Assembly (NCBI GenBank): GCA_973895155.1
Contig: OZ316892.1
Location: 24,635,133 to 24,699,132, forward strand
Direction of reading: 5' to 3'
From: Marsupella aquatica
Taxonomy: Eukaryota; Plantae; Marchantiophyta
Length of the DNA: 64,000 nt
The notes below the pieces were generated by a model, which was given only the letters and a program-made list of their open reading frames with translations, did not search any database and was not told the origin of the DNA. A program made the position numbers and the translations under genes. Each line of letters begins with the position of its first letter. Position 1 is the stretch's first letter. Shown here one piece after another: positions 36,001 through 49,649 of this stretch.

Positions 36001-38050
36001 ATGCCAGGACCGTGGTCTTCATGGAGGAAGGTGATTAGTTGTAAGACGGACAGGGACCAGGTCATTCAGTCACAGCTAGCGTGCACACCTAGTCGACAGT
36101 CTCGTAAGCCATATCGAATAAGGAGCTGCTCGCGGTCATTTGCTAACCTGAGAGACGTTATTCACGGGAACACGCGGGTAGTTCACAAACAGTCAAGTCC
36201 GCCTTCTGGGCATATCAGTGAAGATGGTGGTGGTCAGAGACAGCTACAGCTACAGCTACAACTATCTTCCTCGGATGATTTCTTTCTCGATAATAGGAGT
36301 TCGAGCTGCGGCACACCTTCGGAGGCGGGTTCAGCTTATGGACGAAGCCTGTCACTGACCTCTACTCCGCTCTCGACGACCAGCTATAGTTACGTCCTCA
36401 GAGGCACTCCACTTCGAAAGCTTTCTAGTTGCTATGATTGTACCTTGGCTTACGAAACTTTAGATTCGATGCAGTTGGTTTATCGAGATAACTCGATTCA
36501 CGGTTCGTACTGCGGCTCACCCAGAGCGGGCTGTCTCAAATGTGGAGAATCGTTCAGCAAACCAGAAGCTCTCGAGCAACATCACATATCTCAGCATGCA
36601 GGTAACTTCTGCCTCTACCAAATGTTCCATACATAGCTTCCCCGACATACTGTCGGCGACTCAACATGTATATACACCTGGCTCAGGGAAAATTGTTCAC
36701 TGGTCAATGTCAGAGTCTGAGCGAGCTCTTAATCGCGAATGTGTTTTGGAGCTAGCTTCTCATTTCGCCTGGTCGTACCTGTTGCTCTCGCTTGAACTAC
36801 TTTGTCTGAAAAATCTAGAGCGGGTCAGGGCTTTCGGATAGCGCAAAGGAATTTGGCTTTCCCCTGCAGGACTTTCGTGTTCATTCCTGAATCGAAATGA
36901 GTATGGGAGAGCTGTCGATTCAAATTTGTCTGCAGCTTTCTGTAGCAGCCTTTTCGTTTTCATACTCATAGATACCTCTTTACTTAACTGAGTTTGGGAG
37001 GATAGTTTCCGCTACGGGCCCCCAGAATTGTGACTTGTAGTGTCGACAATTACTGCGGAGGGAGCGCCTTTCCGGTGACAATTTGTTTCGATTACCGGGA
37101 AGATTTATAATTTTGTTTCCATTCTGGTCGTTCCGCTTCTCATTCGATCTTCTGTGACGTTTTCTCTATACCAGTTGTCTAGTGGCACGGGTGAGAGGCC
37201 GATGCATCTCGTTACGTCTTTGAATGTGCATTTTTACAATTATTGCTGTTTGACCGAGACCGATTGAAAATACAGTCGTGGCCAACTCCGTCTAGTTCCT
37301 AACTGGATAGCTTATACTCCATAAACAACGTTTTCAACTGAACCTGTCTTTTTTCAATGTGCGTCTGGCATCAATGTGTATACCCGTGACATAGCTTGGT
37401 GTATATTCCCCACAGTGACGGAGCTGAACCGAGGAGATTCGTCTCGCAATGTAGTGGAGATAATATTTCGTACTAGCTGGCTCAAAAGGGAGATCCCGTG
37501 TGGAAGGATTGAAAGAATACTCAAAGTTCACAACACTCAAAAAACGGTTCAAAAGTTCGAGGAGTACAGGGATACGGTGAAGACCCGAGCTGCCAAGCTT
37601 CCCAAGAAGAACCCCCGGTGTATTGCGGACGGTAACGAGCTCCTGCGATTTTACGGCACTGTTTTGATGTGCCATTTGGGGCACAACGGCTCAACAAACC
37701 TCTGCATGTTGCACAATTGTCACTGTTGCCAACTTATCAGGTCCGGGTTCAACGAAAGGAAGGAAAATATGAAAGGAGGTGGAATATACACTACAGCAAC
37801 AAGCGGGAAGGCACATGATTCGGTAGTTCTCTCAGACGATGAGAGACTGAAGGGCAAGCGCGCAATGCTCGTATGTAGAGTCATTGCCGGGAGGACTCTT
37901 AAAGCTTCCGATAGCGGCGATCTGTTAAATCCTCCTAGCGGCTTTGACTCTCTTGTTGGCGATTCTGGGCCATACACGAACATTGATGAGCTTTTGGTGT
38001 TCAGCAGTAGATGCGTTTTACCGTGTTTTGTAGTTGTTTATAAATGTTAA
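36001..38050 (+). CDS. Plant C2H2-like zinc-finger protein with a C-terminal PARP/ADP-ribosyltransferase-like fold
   Basis: Exons 36001-36601 and 37416-38050 join as HA-VTEL. C2H2 finger CLKCGESFSKPEALEQHHISQH. Family motifs DSSRNVVEIIFRTSW, IERILKVHN, RCIADGNELLRFYG, RAMLVCRVIAGR, FDSL and VLPCFVVVY. Confidence 0.92.
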
Positions 38051-39623
38051 TAGTGAAGCAGCCAGGTACAGTAGGAGCCTCCTCTTACTTACGTTACTAC
38101 TTTTCCGCCACACTCCAATTTTCGGCAGGTTGGGGAAAACCAATCTTGGCACACGGACGGGCGATGATAAAATTTAGATCATGATTGTCGCACAGTAATT
38201 TGTACTTGTGAAAAGAAAAGGACTTCATAATTTTAGAGCCGAGTATATTACTTGTCCTCCTTACGGCTAAGCGACCGTCTCGCTTCAATCATCGATTGTC
38301 ATGGCGGCAAGACGAATTTGTAAAGCAGTTATCCTCAGTTTCTCTTTCGTCTATGCGTGCAAGTTCGTCCTCTTCTGTGTTTATTTCTCATGTCTCCTCT
38401 TGCTCGATTTCTCTTGCGTTACCGAATGATAAACAGGGAATCCATGGTAGGTTACTATCCAATACATAAATAGTGTATCCTGCTATGCTCTCTTCGCATT
38501 TCGCAAGTATGCAGGCCTCATGTATTAAAACAATATCATTGACCCTTGCCTTGACCTTCGCTTGCTCCTGCCAATTTGCCACAATTCCGACTACGAAGCG
38601 GGTCGGGGGTCGCGACCGCCAAGCTCTCAGGTACTTACGTACCGAGCCGCCCGGCCGCATTTCGTCCTCATAGAATGGACGCTATTCCTGCAGCAGCTTC
38701 GTACCGGCGCCTCTTTCATGATGTACCGGCGCGCTTCTTCCATGTTCTCGACGCGGTTCTCTTTCACGGAGCTGCCTTCGAAATTTCTAAACGTGGTTAG
38801 TATTTTGTCACTCTTCCCGGTAAGCGCGTCTGCTTTAAAATATTGTACAGTGGTCGCAATGTTGTTCAACTTAGTCCAAGAATCTCCCCGCAATCATTAT
38901 TATCTCTATTCCACCCTGACCCTGTCTTTAGGCATTTGTGAACGTGTGAAGGACCTTCCTCGCCCAGCCACGTACTTCGCCCATGTGCGGCCTACTAGAA
39001 CACCTACCTGCTCTACTCCTAAATGTGGAGTGTTCAACAACAGCAGTCAGCCAGAACTCGGCCGACAAATCTAGCGTGTTACCTGGAGATTGACTTGTAA
39101 TTTGATTGGGCGGGCAGAGATTTGGAGGACTACTACTTTCAACGCCAAGCTATGCATAAGATTCCTACATTCTGTTATCGAAGATATCAACTTACTTGCG
39201 CCCATTTGTTGGCTTTCCCACACTGTAGTGTCTGTTCCGAACTTACTGTTGCAATTTCGGGAGACTGCCAACAGACTCTGTGCCACTCCGCTGCACTGTT
39301 TTGTAGGGACGACCGACGACCGGACTAGGAAACAATGGCCGATGCATGGGCTGCCTTTTTGTGGTTGAACAGGTGGTTAATTAGAGTATCTACACTAGTA
39401 TGTCCTGGCTGTAGTGGGTGGGACAGTGTTGTTTCGGTGAACGAATTTAATGAAATCTTTCAAGGCAAAAGGAATGGGTTGATGGCCTCACGAGTCTAAA
39501 TCTTCTCTAATTCATTTGAAACGACTTCGACAAATCTCTCGGGTTAAACGACAGTAAATCTATTCGCATTGTGGAACCCAATGGTATTGTTCAGCGTCTG
39601 GTACTGACCACACAAGTTTGCGT

Positions 39624-39790
39624 ACTGAGTGAGCTCATTCGGTCGAGATCGCACATCACAAGCCCGCAAAATCGTGCTCTGCCCGGAAGAGAGCACTGCT
39701 GCTGACACAGACGTTTGCGCACTGAGCTCATTCGGTCGAGATCGCACATTATAGGCCCGCAAAATCGTGCTCTGCCCGGACGAGAGCATT
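39624..39790. repeat. ~95-bp tandem duplication
   Basis: GAGCTCATTCGGTCGAGATCGCACAT...GCCCGCAAAATCGTGCTCTGCCCGGA occurs twice. Confidence 0.85.
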
Positions 39791-42700
39791 TTAAAGCTGT
39801 GATTGACACATTCGTTCACAGCGTAAGAAGGCATGAATGATTGAATGCACCATGCTCCACGATCGCTCCAACGCTACTCCAGCCCCTCAATACCACACTG
39901 AGTTTGTTGAACTGACTTAGTCAGGTGACTCGGATTCTCCCGCCCCCATGTCTTCTAGACGTTTTGAGCCTCCCAACATTACACTGTCATTCCTCATGAT
40001 TATGTTATTTTCTCCTGGGAGTCTGGGTCTGGGACCCTGTTCTGCTTCCTTTACACGTCAACGCACTCTGCCGGCCACAGCAATTCGCTGGCAGTGCGGC
40101 ACTGTTCGGAAGCGTGGAGGAACAGTGGGCCAATCTGCTCTCTGGCAATTTTCTCATTCGAAGCCTTCATGTACGCTCCTCTGTTTCACTGCTCAGGAAG
40201 GCTTTTCCCTTCGAGACAAAAAATATATGTGTGGCGCCCTCGCAATCTCGCATGGTCCGAGACGACGTGACTCGTGTTACCTTGACATGCCCCGAGTTGA
40301 TTGATTCGTTTCAGCTGCACAGCCGCACTTTAATGTCGCATCATATTCAACGTGTGAGATCTGCGCTAATAAGGCTAGACTACTTAGTACTTGATACCGT
40401 GGGGTACGGACTGAAAAACCCCATTGTACGTGAGAAAGAGTATAATCAATTGCATGCCTGCCAATTAGTAGGTCATGGCAAGAGGCCAAGTCGTCCGCCA
40501 AGACCAGTAGGAGCATCACTTTGTGTGCGAGATACCGGTAAATTGCTGTAGTATAACTCGGTCGGTTGTATCTGAAGCTGTGCCACCATGCAGGGCCCTC
40601 CTTTCTTTTTGCCAGATCTCTGGATCCATGACGGCCGATTAGTAATGGTGTACACTTGAACATAAATATGACGAACGCCAGTTCCAAGACCAGCAAATTG
40701 GGTTCATTATTAGCATATTTCCCTGCGCGCGTGTGGAGATGCACTTTCTATGAGTATGACTGTACTCTGTACCACCTTGTCCAGATCAATCTCTATGGTA
40801 CGACTACCTTCTCAGCCCTACGATAATCTTGAAGGCCCTGTTCTGACTTCTGAGTGCTGACCTATCTCTGACAAGGTACCAGTGCGTTGCTGGTTTTAGA
40901 TATGCCTCGATAACTTACTGTGGAGCAATTTGGCATTGGCGTCGGCACAGCTGATGTTTGCGTGGGAGTATTTGAAAGGTTGTTGGTGATGTTGTTTGTC
41001 GTTGGTCTCGCAATTTGGCGAGGCGAGTGAGCTACATCAGTGGGCCGGCATTTCTGGTGAAACGTTATGGCGCCTGAAAGAGGTCTCTGTTTCTCCTTGA
41101 GCGAAGCCAAGCAAGCATACCGTCAGCCAGTCCCAAATCCTTATTTGCGCATCCAGGTACAAAATAATCGAGGTACAACTTTAACCTCAAGGTTTCATCA
41201 GCTGCTATTCGTCGATTCCTCCGCGTGTTCAGTGGCTGCCATGCCTGCAGACTGATATGGACCAAACCTTAGGAGTGAGGGTTGTTTCTATTGTTATACA
41301 ATCAACAATCGCTATAGCTTCCTTTTCTTGAACATTCAACTTCGTGATGACAAAGAACTGACAATTGCTTTCGAGGAAAAAGTAAAAGAACTAAGGACTC
41401 AGGAGGCACTAGGCAGCCTTTCGAAGAGTCTACTGTACTGTATAGTGACCACTTGTCGGTGGATTCGGACAAACAACCAACCCAACTCGAATGTTTGGGT
41501 CGTAAAGGCTGTGACCCTAAACCATGGTAGACTGTTAGACAAATTACTGTTGTACTGTAATTTTAGAATTATAATCAAGTAATCGATTACGATATTACCA
41601 GCAAGTTTAATGGAGGCTTGGCCACAGAACTCCCAGTATTATTATTAAAGTATGCAAACCAGTTATAGTAATTTCTTGCTCTGGACAGTTGTCGAGCTCG
41701 GGTTCGATGCCAGCAGTCTTCTTCTCTCTGCAGTCAACTCAAGCACAATGTGTCATTGCTGTACATCGCTTGTGTACAGTCAATGAATTCATTGATACAG
41801 TACATCAGAATGATGTAACTGAGCTGAGCTATCAGAGAGAGGTGATCCACCTCTCGAAAGATCCACTCATCATTGCCATCACCTTGTAATTCAATCCTAG
41901 ACGACTAATTATAGAAACGAAACTTCGGAGACTAAGGAGAGAGTCAGTTTGTAGACTTGTTCCGGATTCGAGTATTTGGAACCCGATTGGAATCACTAAA
42001 TCTAAAAGGGGCCACACAGGAGTGGCACATTTGCTTCGACCTAGATGAACTGAGGGAGAAGCGCGGAAGAAGGAAACGTTTCAAGGCGAGATACTCACGA
42101 TATGCAATCCGTGGAAACTCCAATGTTTCCCAAGAAACTTTAGTTTAAGTACCATGACATGACACTATGGAACTCTGAGATCAACGTCAAGTTAGTGAAG
42201 GCCAATAAGGGTTCACATGATTTCAAAAGAATCTCGTCATTAATTCATTTAAAGCACACTGGTGCTCTAATGATTACTGTACGCAAGAATTTTAAAGTAA
42301 ATCATTTCAAAGCATTGTGCAATGTGCAATCAGGTAAAGCATCATTTCTAGGTTAGACGGCCATGAGTCATTCTGCAGAATAGTCCATCATTCTATGGTT
42401 GGTAGTCTCTTCATAAATGCTTTGAAGGCTATTGAATTCAGTGAACATTTCTCTCTCAGAGAACAACTGTAGCTCTTTATGTGTGACTTTCGGAGGTTGG
42501 CTCCGCTGAAGACCTGTACTTCAGAAGCACAGGACCAGCAAGACATCCCTTGAGTAAGCCTGAGCCGGAGAATTGGAACTTCCGTTCTCACCGAGCATTT
42601 CAGTGTTCAGACTTGCTGCATGGATACAACGCACCTGTGAATTTAGAACGAAGATATTCGCTTCCCTTCTAAACACACAAATAATCAAGATTGACTAGCT

Positions 42701-45355
42701 GTCAGACCACAAAAAACGCCTCCTATTTAAAGTTTTGGAGGTCATTATGATCAGTGAATTCAAGTGCTAGCATCTGATGAATGAGAAAATTCTACTTATG
42801 GATCGTGTGGACGAAACTATGGCAGTGTCGTACAGCCTTAGACGATCGGCGATCCGTTGACCGAGTAGAGAGGTTGAAATATTGTCAGAGTAAGTTGTCG
42901 CCAAATTGTCGTCCCAGATTGATTTCAGGCTAACAGGGCCTTCTTCTCCACAGATTGGAAAAAAATATTTGAATTTCAGCGCGACCGATTCGGACAAGTC
43001 AAACAAGCTGTATAATTGAAATTCGGCACCATTCATTTTTCGAAGTGAGCATATCTTTTTTCCAAATTGACACTTCAGAGCCCACGTCTGAGTTCGGTAG
43101 CCTTCCACACACCATGTTTGGAATGGCTTTCATAAACTCTGGATCAGACGGAGGTGTTCTCATTTTACATGCAGCATCAGAGTTCCAGTCGCGCAGTCCT
43201 GTGTATTCTTACCCGACGACTGTATCATTCTGCGGGACAGCCTTTCCAAACTTACGATTCACTTTGAGCCACGCGGGCATGCGCAGTGCCATCCATAGTA
43301 ATCGGACAGGAAGCTATGGATAATGGATTGCTCTGACTTGGCCGTCCACCAAATTGATGTCCGACAACGGGATGTCTTTCGAAGGACTTGTCGGGTACGA
43401 TCATTGATCGATGATTCCCTGCAGAAGCCTACTCCTTTCAAGTGCCGCATGCAAGAAAGTCTTTTGTGGCTGGTCTCGACGACAATTTATGCGCACTACT
43501 ATGGATAATAAAACGTCACCATTACTACAAACTGTCGAGACCTTAACAAGTTATCGGTGAACTGTTTGGAGACTTGTCTTGCCGTCCGGGCTTCCATTTT
43601 GATCCCGGCTTTCGCATGTCGACCTCCGGTTCGTCCGGGTCTTCCCTCGGGTCCTCCCCTCTTCTGGGCGGCCGTGGCTGTGTGCTCTCAAGCACTGAAT
43701 GGGATTCAGTGTTTCTTTCAAAGCAGAAAAAAAATGTTCGATACGTTAAGCAATTAGGAACGACGTCCTCGGTAGAATTTCGCTTTGAAATGCCACTGCT
43801 ACTACATCTGCATGGCTATTTCGGACATCGCCACGGGGAACGGTAATAACAGGGAGAAATAGAGAAATCTATCAGGCGATTGGCACACGCAGTGATTCAG
43901 GTGATCAGGAGGTATTGTAGTTTTGGTTCTTCCTTCAATCAGTGAGGAGGACGTGAGAGACAGGCTTCGAAAACTACGTTCCTTGTTCGAGAGAGAGAGA
44001 GAGCTACAAGACTGTATAGCGATAAGAAGTCAAAGCCATGGCTGCTGACGGAGAGTTTGAACTGTTGGAAGAATCAGAGTTTTCCGAGTCTTCTAGGATC
44101 CATGAACAGAGAGCTTTATCTCACTCCTCGTCCGCCGGTCTTCCTCTAAGCGTGTAAGTAGGAGTGTTTCAGTAATTATCAAGTGCTGTACAGACGATGG
44201 GAGACTGAACTGAAGAATAGCCGATAACTAAGGTATCAACAGCCCTCCACCCGCATTAATTCAGAAACTCCGAGCGCACGTACATTTATGGATCCTTTAA
44301 AACGAATGCCCCGTCAGAAAGAACCAGGACTTCCAGTTAAAGTCCTCGCGGCTCGCGCAAAATGAGCACACCAACACATCACAAGTGTCTCTGTAACCAC
44401 AAAGAGTTCTCCAGCTATCGCTGCCAAATGCAACAGTGATTAGAATGAAGAGCGAAATCGACGAATAATTTATCCAATAAGGCTGGAACGTGCAGCGTCG
44501 GCGACTTTCATGGGAAGTTCCATTATTTTCATGATTAGGCAGCCGTCTGCTACTCTGCTCTCTCCGTTAATTCCGATTGTGTGTCGCAGAAGACGCAGAA
44601 CATCAAGTTAATTTCCACTACGGCACTACGAGCCAATTTCGAACAAGGACGAATCCGGCAAGAAAGGACGACTTGCAGTTTCTCTCAAACCGTGTCGGGC
44701 GGGCAACCTTTGGGTTGGCCTTGTGACTTATGACTTGTGAGTTTATATTAGAGAATCACAACCATGCTATCACCTGCCTCATTTAAGTACAGCCGTCCGC
44801 AGAACATCATTCCAATAATGTAACGTTTCCAAGAATGCGACACATCCATGTCTAATTCGAGTTCCGTTTGTACAGCAGAGCGATCGCTGTAAATCCAATA
44901 CAAATCGTCCACACTGTTCTGAAAAGAGGACGATCCCAATCAGATCCGGTTTCGCGTTGCATGTAGCGCGACCAATGCAGATCCATCCAGACATAACCTT
45001 TTGGAAGAGGAGTAATACAAATTCAATTAAAGGAGCAAAACCAAAACAGATCCAGTACAGATCTATTTCAAGAGGAAGTTATTATTGAAACTGCTTGAAC
45101 TTTTTGAAAGGAAGTAACTGAAACGGCGAAACCAATCCATTATTGTTATGTCATGCCACATTCTAAGGGCCAACTCGCATGTAGTCAGTCCTTCAGAGCC
45201 AACTCGAATGCAGTCGGTCCTTCAGATTCAGAATGGGGCCTTAATGTGCAACATGTCATCCTCAGAATTCAAGATGCTGCCATGCCATAAGCGCCCCTCC
45301 TCCGGCACAACGAAACCAAAAGACATCCCTCACTGTCATAGATTCATTCCAGACA

Positions 45356-45592
45356 ACTCTTTGAAGCACTGATGACACCCGAACAGGTTGCTGTACGATT
45401 ATCCAAAGTTTTCAAGGGAGTTGGTCCAGACTACAATTATGATATATTCATACCGCATTTTGGAAGGAGAAGCACTCTTTGAAGCACTGATGACACCCGA
45501 ACAGGTTGCTGTACGATTATCCAAAGTTTTCAAGGGAGTTGGTCCAGACTACAATTATGATATATTCATACCGCATTTTGGAAGGAGAAGCA
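45356..45592. repeat. Exact 118-bp tandem duplication
   Basis: GAAGCACTGATGACACCCGAACAGG... at 45363 and 45481. Confidence 0.9.
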
Positions 45593-46693
45593 ACAGAACA
45601 GAACAGATCAGAACAGAACAGAGCATAAACAGAGCAGAACATACAGCGTCGCCTCTGTTAATTGCAATTGGTCGGTAAACATCTCGACGGGCCGCCTCTT
45701 CTTTGCAGCTAATTATGATACACCAGGACATCCGTTACGGCGCAGGGCACCATCTCCCAGGATTACTGGTCGTCACGTCATCTCCTCCTCAGAGTTCCCA
45801 TCCCGCAAGACGAATTCAAATCGAGTATCGTTCCAGTTTCAGACGTAAAACATCCTCCTCGCTACATCAGATCACGTTCTTCCACAATTCAAATCGCAGA
45901 TCTCGTGCCGGAGCCATGACTGTTGAAAGCGTATCAAATTCAGCCCGAATTCAAACCGCAGAACTTGAGTGTTGTGTGGAGGAGCCTCGACTGTTGAGCC
46001 AATGTATCGATGATGTCAAGAATTAAAAAATGCTCCTCCTCCGCACACTTCTGTAATAACCTGACCTAAGATTGCACTTCACGTGCGCAACCTCGAACTC
46101 TGAAATCGGCCGACTGCACGATGCACCTCGAGCGCGAGTTCTTTCAGTACTGTAATAAATAAGTGATGCCCTTAAGCATGTTTTTGGGGTTGCCATAATT
46201 GTATATCAAATCAAATATTACATGTATTGTAAGATACCATTTGATAATAAGATAAATGTCATTTTTTTTAAATAATGAGTGCGCATGTTATACTAGCACA
46301 TTCTGATGTGTAATTACCGGGAGTGATATTTTAGTACTCTAATACAAATTAGTTCGTGGACCCCAATGTGTTGGACCCCAATGTGTTTTGTGTTTGTAAT
46401 TTTAAAAGAAGCTTCTACTACATATCTAGCACTCCTGCTTGGACCATCAAATAATGAACGAGAAATTTCAGGCTGGGGCTGGCCATTAAGATTTCCATTG
46501 CGGAGCTCTCTAAGCAGTCACGCCACAATTCTAGTCCCTCCTCATTTTTGTGGACGAACAAAGTTATTTTTTGCCACTAAGTACAAAATTCAAGATGCTC
46601 ATTTAGTCAATTCTTACCAATTTATTACAATTCATTTCATGTTCCAATTTAACTGTCTGTCGATCGGATCTCAAAATGCAATATTCAACTTAC

Positions 46694-46822
46694 AGTGCCA
46701 CTTTGCCTTCTAGTGTGCCACAACTGACAGAGAAAAATCCCTGCCTTTTGTGCCCAGCTTTCACAACGGACTTCCAGGCTTCAATTTGTTCTTCATTCCA
46801 CATGTCGGGGTGCTTGGAACTC
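46694..46822 (-). pseudogene. Isolated frameshifted exon of a 12-oxophytodienoate reductase / Old Yellow Enzyme gene
   Basis: PDMWNEEQIEAWKSVVKAGHK/AGIFLCQLWHTRRQS followed by a GTAAGT donor; compare the OPR consensus TPGIW..EQ.EAWK.IV.AVH.KG..FFCQ.WH.GR.S. Confidence 0.75.
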
Positions 46823-47421
46823 TCATGAATTTGATCTTGACTGGCTTGTTGATCTTGCACAGTGTCGGTTAATTGATCTTTCTTCTGTGAGTTAAGAGTG
46901 CCACACGGTGTGAGGGTTCATGCAGTTGATGGTTGTCTCAATCATCTACTACCAACATACTTTTTTTTATCATCCTTGTCTGTTTCTTCTCATGGTGAAT
47001 TTTAATCTCATGATCCCCAATTTTTATCTCAACATCCTCATCATTGGCGGCCGTTTGTTGCTTAGTAATGCCCTCGCCATCATTGCGCTTTTGGTAAGCA
47101 TTTCTCTCGCTATCCTCTATTCAATTGAACCAAAAAATTTAGAATGAGGATGGGCCTACTAAATGCACAGGCGATTACTCAGTGTAAATAAAATGGTTAT
47201 TTGAAATAAATTTACATCAAGTTTTACGGCATGGCGTCCTAAATGTTGCCAAAAACTTGCAACAAACACGAAAGGTGGAGTGATTTTATTTTGGAAACCA
47301 ATCCCTTCCTGTTTGCAGTGCGCCATGATGACATGGTGCGCTGTGGAGTCTCAAATTTTGGAAGGGACCTCTAATGGGGTCTGTAACAAGTGTTGCCCTA
47401 TAACTTATTCCATTTAAATGT

Positions 47422-47812
47422 TCTCATGATACCCAATTCAACACTTTTGATGTGTGATTAACGGCAAGGATGTTTTAGTACTCTAACAAACAAGTGATGC
47501 CCTCAAACTTATTTGATCCAAGTATAGTCATGATACCCAGTTCAACACTTTGATGTGCAATTACTGGCAGGGATGTTTTAGTACTCTAACAAGCAAGTGA
47601 TGCCCTCAAACATATTTGATCTAAGCATACTCATGATACCCAATTCAACACTTTGATGTGCGATTACTGGCACGGATAGTTTACTACTCTAATAAACAAG
47701 TGATGCCCTAAAACATATATATGATCTAAATTTTACTCATGATACCCAATTCAGATTAGATTGAAAAATATCTGATCGGCTGTAGATGTACTCATGATAC
47801 CCCACTTCAGAC
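47422..47812. repeat. ~105-bp tandem array (3 full plus partial units); diverged copy at about 46155-46350
   Basis: TCATGATACCCA.TTCAACACTTTGATGTG...TAGTACTCTAA...AAGTGATGCCCT repeated. Confidence 0.8.
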
Positions 47813-48858
47813 TTAGAAAATACCTCACAAATTAGTGGAAATCAATTTACTATACATATATATATATATATTTATATATTTATATCACAGCAAAAAGGAC
47901 CTCGCAAAGTAGTGGAAAGGGCCCATTTAGTATATTACAATTACAAGTATATAATGCAACAGAAAGAGCCCAACAAAGTATAATGGAAGATAGAAAGACA
48001 TGGAGGGAGCCATTGAACCATGTAAACCCCATGGACAGTGACACCTTTTATATCTTATTTTTTCTTGTTTACAAAACTTTTTCACTGACAAAGTTTCACA
48101 ATTCCCCTTTCTATTAAGTGGAATTCATGAGCTACAAGCAGTTTGGAAAGACCTTTCCTTCTAATCTAACATCTCTAGTTGTCATGAGGAATCCAGTGAG
48201 TGGTGAATTTTCAAAGATTCTTCCATCACTCGCTGTTCATACTATTTGAATGTTTCTAAATCTTGTTTAGTGACTAACTTATACTTTAGTTATTCAATTG
48301 AATCTTATTTTTTGAGTTTGTTAGAAAGGGTTTGGAAAGATCATTCCAATGAACCTGATATAGCCATATTTTATTGAATTGAGAGACATGGAAAATTTCA
48401 AATTCCAACGACAACTGTCTACTTTTTCTCTTGTCACATTTTGACGCTCGTCTGTAATGAGTACTACATGAGAAGAAAGAGGGTATCTCAATGGCTGCAA
48501 AAACTATACAAGCCTTCTGGAAAAAGTGAAGGCCCATCCTAGCTTCATTTGTTATCCACTTCAACTTAGAAAATACCCCAAAAAATTAGTGGAAAATGGC
48601 TAATATATGAATCACAGATAGAAGGATCCAACAAATAACAATGGAGTCCGCAAAGAGCTAGAGAGCTGACAAAATGCATGTTTGACTAAGTCCAAATCGA
48701 ATGTAAAGTACTTTTTGGTTTTATTTAATTATTGCATTTTATGGAGTAAGACTTGTAAATGGTAATTCCAAGTACACCAATTAAGTCACACGAAAATAAT
48801 GTAAAAAGAATTGAACTATACTCTTTACAGTATTTCACTCGTACATATTTCAGCTTTT

Positions 48859-49270
48859 TCCGATACTTTTTTTCACGCCGGAGTGGCTTTCCGATACTCA
48901 CAACATCGTTAATTTCCGATTCTATTTTCCACGCATATTTGCCATGTTACCCACATCGGTAACAGTACTACCGATACTAAAAGTATCGGATGTGTTGTAC
49001 CATTCTAATTGCATCGGACATTTTCCGATTCACAAAAAATCAGACAGTGTCATGGCCGTGGAGCAGGAGGCATCTGATACCATGATATTCGCATATAGCT
49101 TGTGATGTTAGAAAGAACGGAAATGTTTTCGATATAAATAGTATCGGTAATGGTTTCCGATCTTTATACGAAGTGGATAGGAACGGAAACAGTATCCGAT
49201 GGTTTTGGTATGGAAAAGGTTCCCGGTGGGTTTTGTATGGCATATGGTGTCCGTTGTTTTGGAAATCGGA
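48859..49270. repeat. Left subterminal repeats of the CACTA (TTCCGAT/ATCGGA motif in both orientations)
   Basis: About a dozen CCGA/TCGG copies, e.g. TTCCGATAC and GTATCGGA. Confidence 0.85.
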
Positions 49271-49649
49271 CCAATTGGGTTTTGTTAGAGTGGGGGCTTA
49301 GGAGTGGCATGGGGGGATTTACATTTTTCTTCTAAGGCAAGTCATTGTATCCCTGATAATTTTCCAAATGTATGGACATGGGACTCAGTATGGGAAGGGT
49401 CAACTTCAAAGGAATATAATTGGAATTGAGCTTTCATTTGATGTTAAGTGGTAGGACTTAATGACCACTTGTCACTAGCTAGAGGGGAGAGTGAAGCAAT
49501 TTAGGTAAAATAACAACAAAGAATGTTATAATTACAATGTACGTAAATAAGGTATATATATATATGCCGATGAAATCAATACATGGAGACAAGTGGTCAT
49601 TTAGGTCTATATAGCTAGTGCTAGCTGCCTAGCTATTACCATGGAATTC

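Noticed and set aside
43985-44010. miR529/156-like sequence
   Set aside because: A simple (GA)n tract with no complementary arm visible.
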